From contig CM082589.2 of the NCBI GenBank assembly GCA_040954595.2, positions 4,664,213 through 4,728,212 on the forward strand: DNA of 64,000 bases. The letters are read 5' to 3'. Shown here one piece after another: positions 63,417 to 64,000 of this stretch. The stretch comes from Balanoglossus misakiensis. Lineage: Eukaryota; Animalia; Hemichordata. Within the stretch, counting starts at the first letter, position 1; every line of letters begins with the position of its first letter. The position numbers and the translations under genes were made by a program. The notes under the pieces are model-generated. The model ran no database searches and had not been told where the DNA came from. It worked only from the letters and a program-made list of their open reading frames with translations.

Positions 63417-64000
63417 TATATTGATTTCATTGAACATGTAATTTATAGCATTGGTGAGTTCGTGGATAATAAATTGCAATAAAAGTGAACGTAGACTGGG
63501 GTTTAATTTTTGTTTTTCTTTTCTTTTCATCCACGAGTCATCAGATACTGTGTATCACTGGAGTGAATTTTCAAAGGAAGTCAATAATCGTAAGTATTTG
63601 TTAAGTAACAATGTTAAGTTTTTTATATCAACTTTTGAATATTAAATTAAATGTAATTGACCCCCTTTCCCTTCATTTCCAGGGCTATGTCGAACTTCAC
63701 CTCATACCAAGCAAGCCAAACCTCAACAAAATCAAGCTGAACAGCAAGCAATGCAATATCCTTTTCATTCACATGTTCTTCTAGCTGTGGTACGCAGCTG
63801 TACCATGGGGGTGTCCCTGGGGTAATCAGCCCCTCCCCACCCACTGTACAGCTCCGTACCACAGCTAGATCATGTGTTGCCTGAAATCTGGCTGGGTGCT
63901 TTCATGTTCTGCAAAACCAAATTTGCAGTTGACACAAGTTAGAATTTCAAACTAGAATGGGAGCCATAATCATTCATGTGTTTTACCTTGACTTGAGATT

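Noticed and set aside
1-64000. CRISPR arrays, tRNA/rRNA genes, and prokaryotic operons or defence systems
   Set aside because: The sequence is spliceosomal-intron eukaryotic DNA. I saw no repeat-spacer arrays or recognisable structural RNA genes.

Overview
Intron-rich animal genomic DNA with GT-AG introns; the gene content suggests an invertebrate deuterostome such as a hemichordate, which is inference only. Gene order: RTEL1 helicase (+, 5' end outside the window, ending in a C3HC4 RING); an intronless TRIM-NHL gene (-); three tandem single-exon type II membrane SGNH-fold genes (+); four tandem 3-exon SLC10 (ASBT/NTCP-type) transporter genes (+); a 5-exon type II membrane O-fucosyltransferase-family gene (+); an MTFR1/2-family gene (-) head-to-head with ARMC1 (+) on a compact bidirectional promoter; and ARFGAP1 (-). 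Non-coding DNA holds several MITE-like families, a double-hairpin element, microsatellites and a ~1.47 kb near-perfect inverted repeat. Most notable: the MTFR-ARMC1 divergent pair with three CCAAT boxes spaced exactly 31 bp; linkage of genes from the vertebrate 1p/6q/8q/20q paralogon; an SGNH + SLC10 + fucosyltransferase accessory block; SLC10 paralogs with altered Na+ ligands and conserved sorting motifs; and a candidate ARFGAP1 cassette exon carrying a clathrin box. All gene models were assembled by eye and no searches were run.
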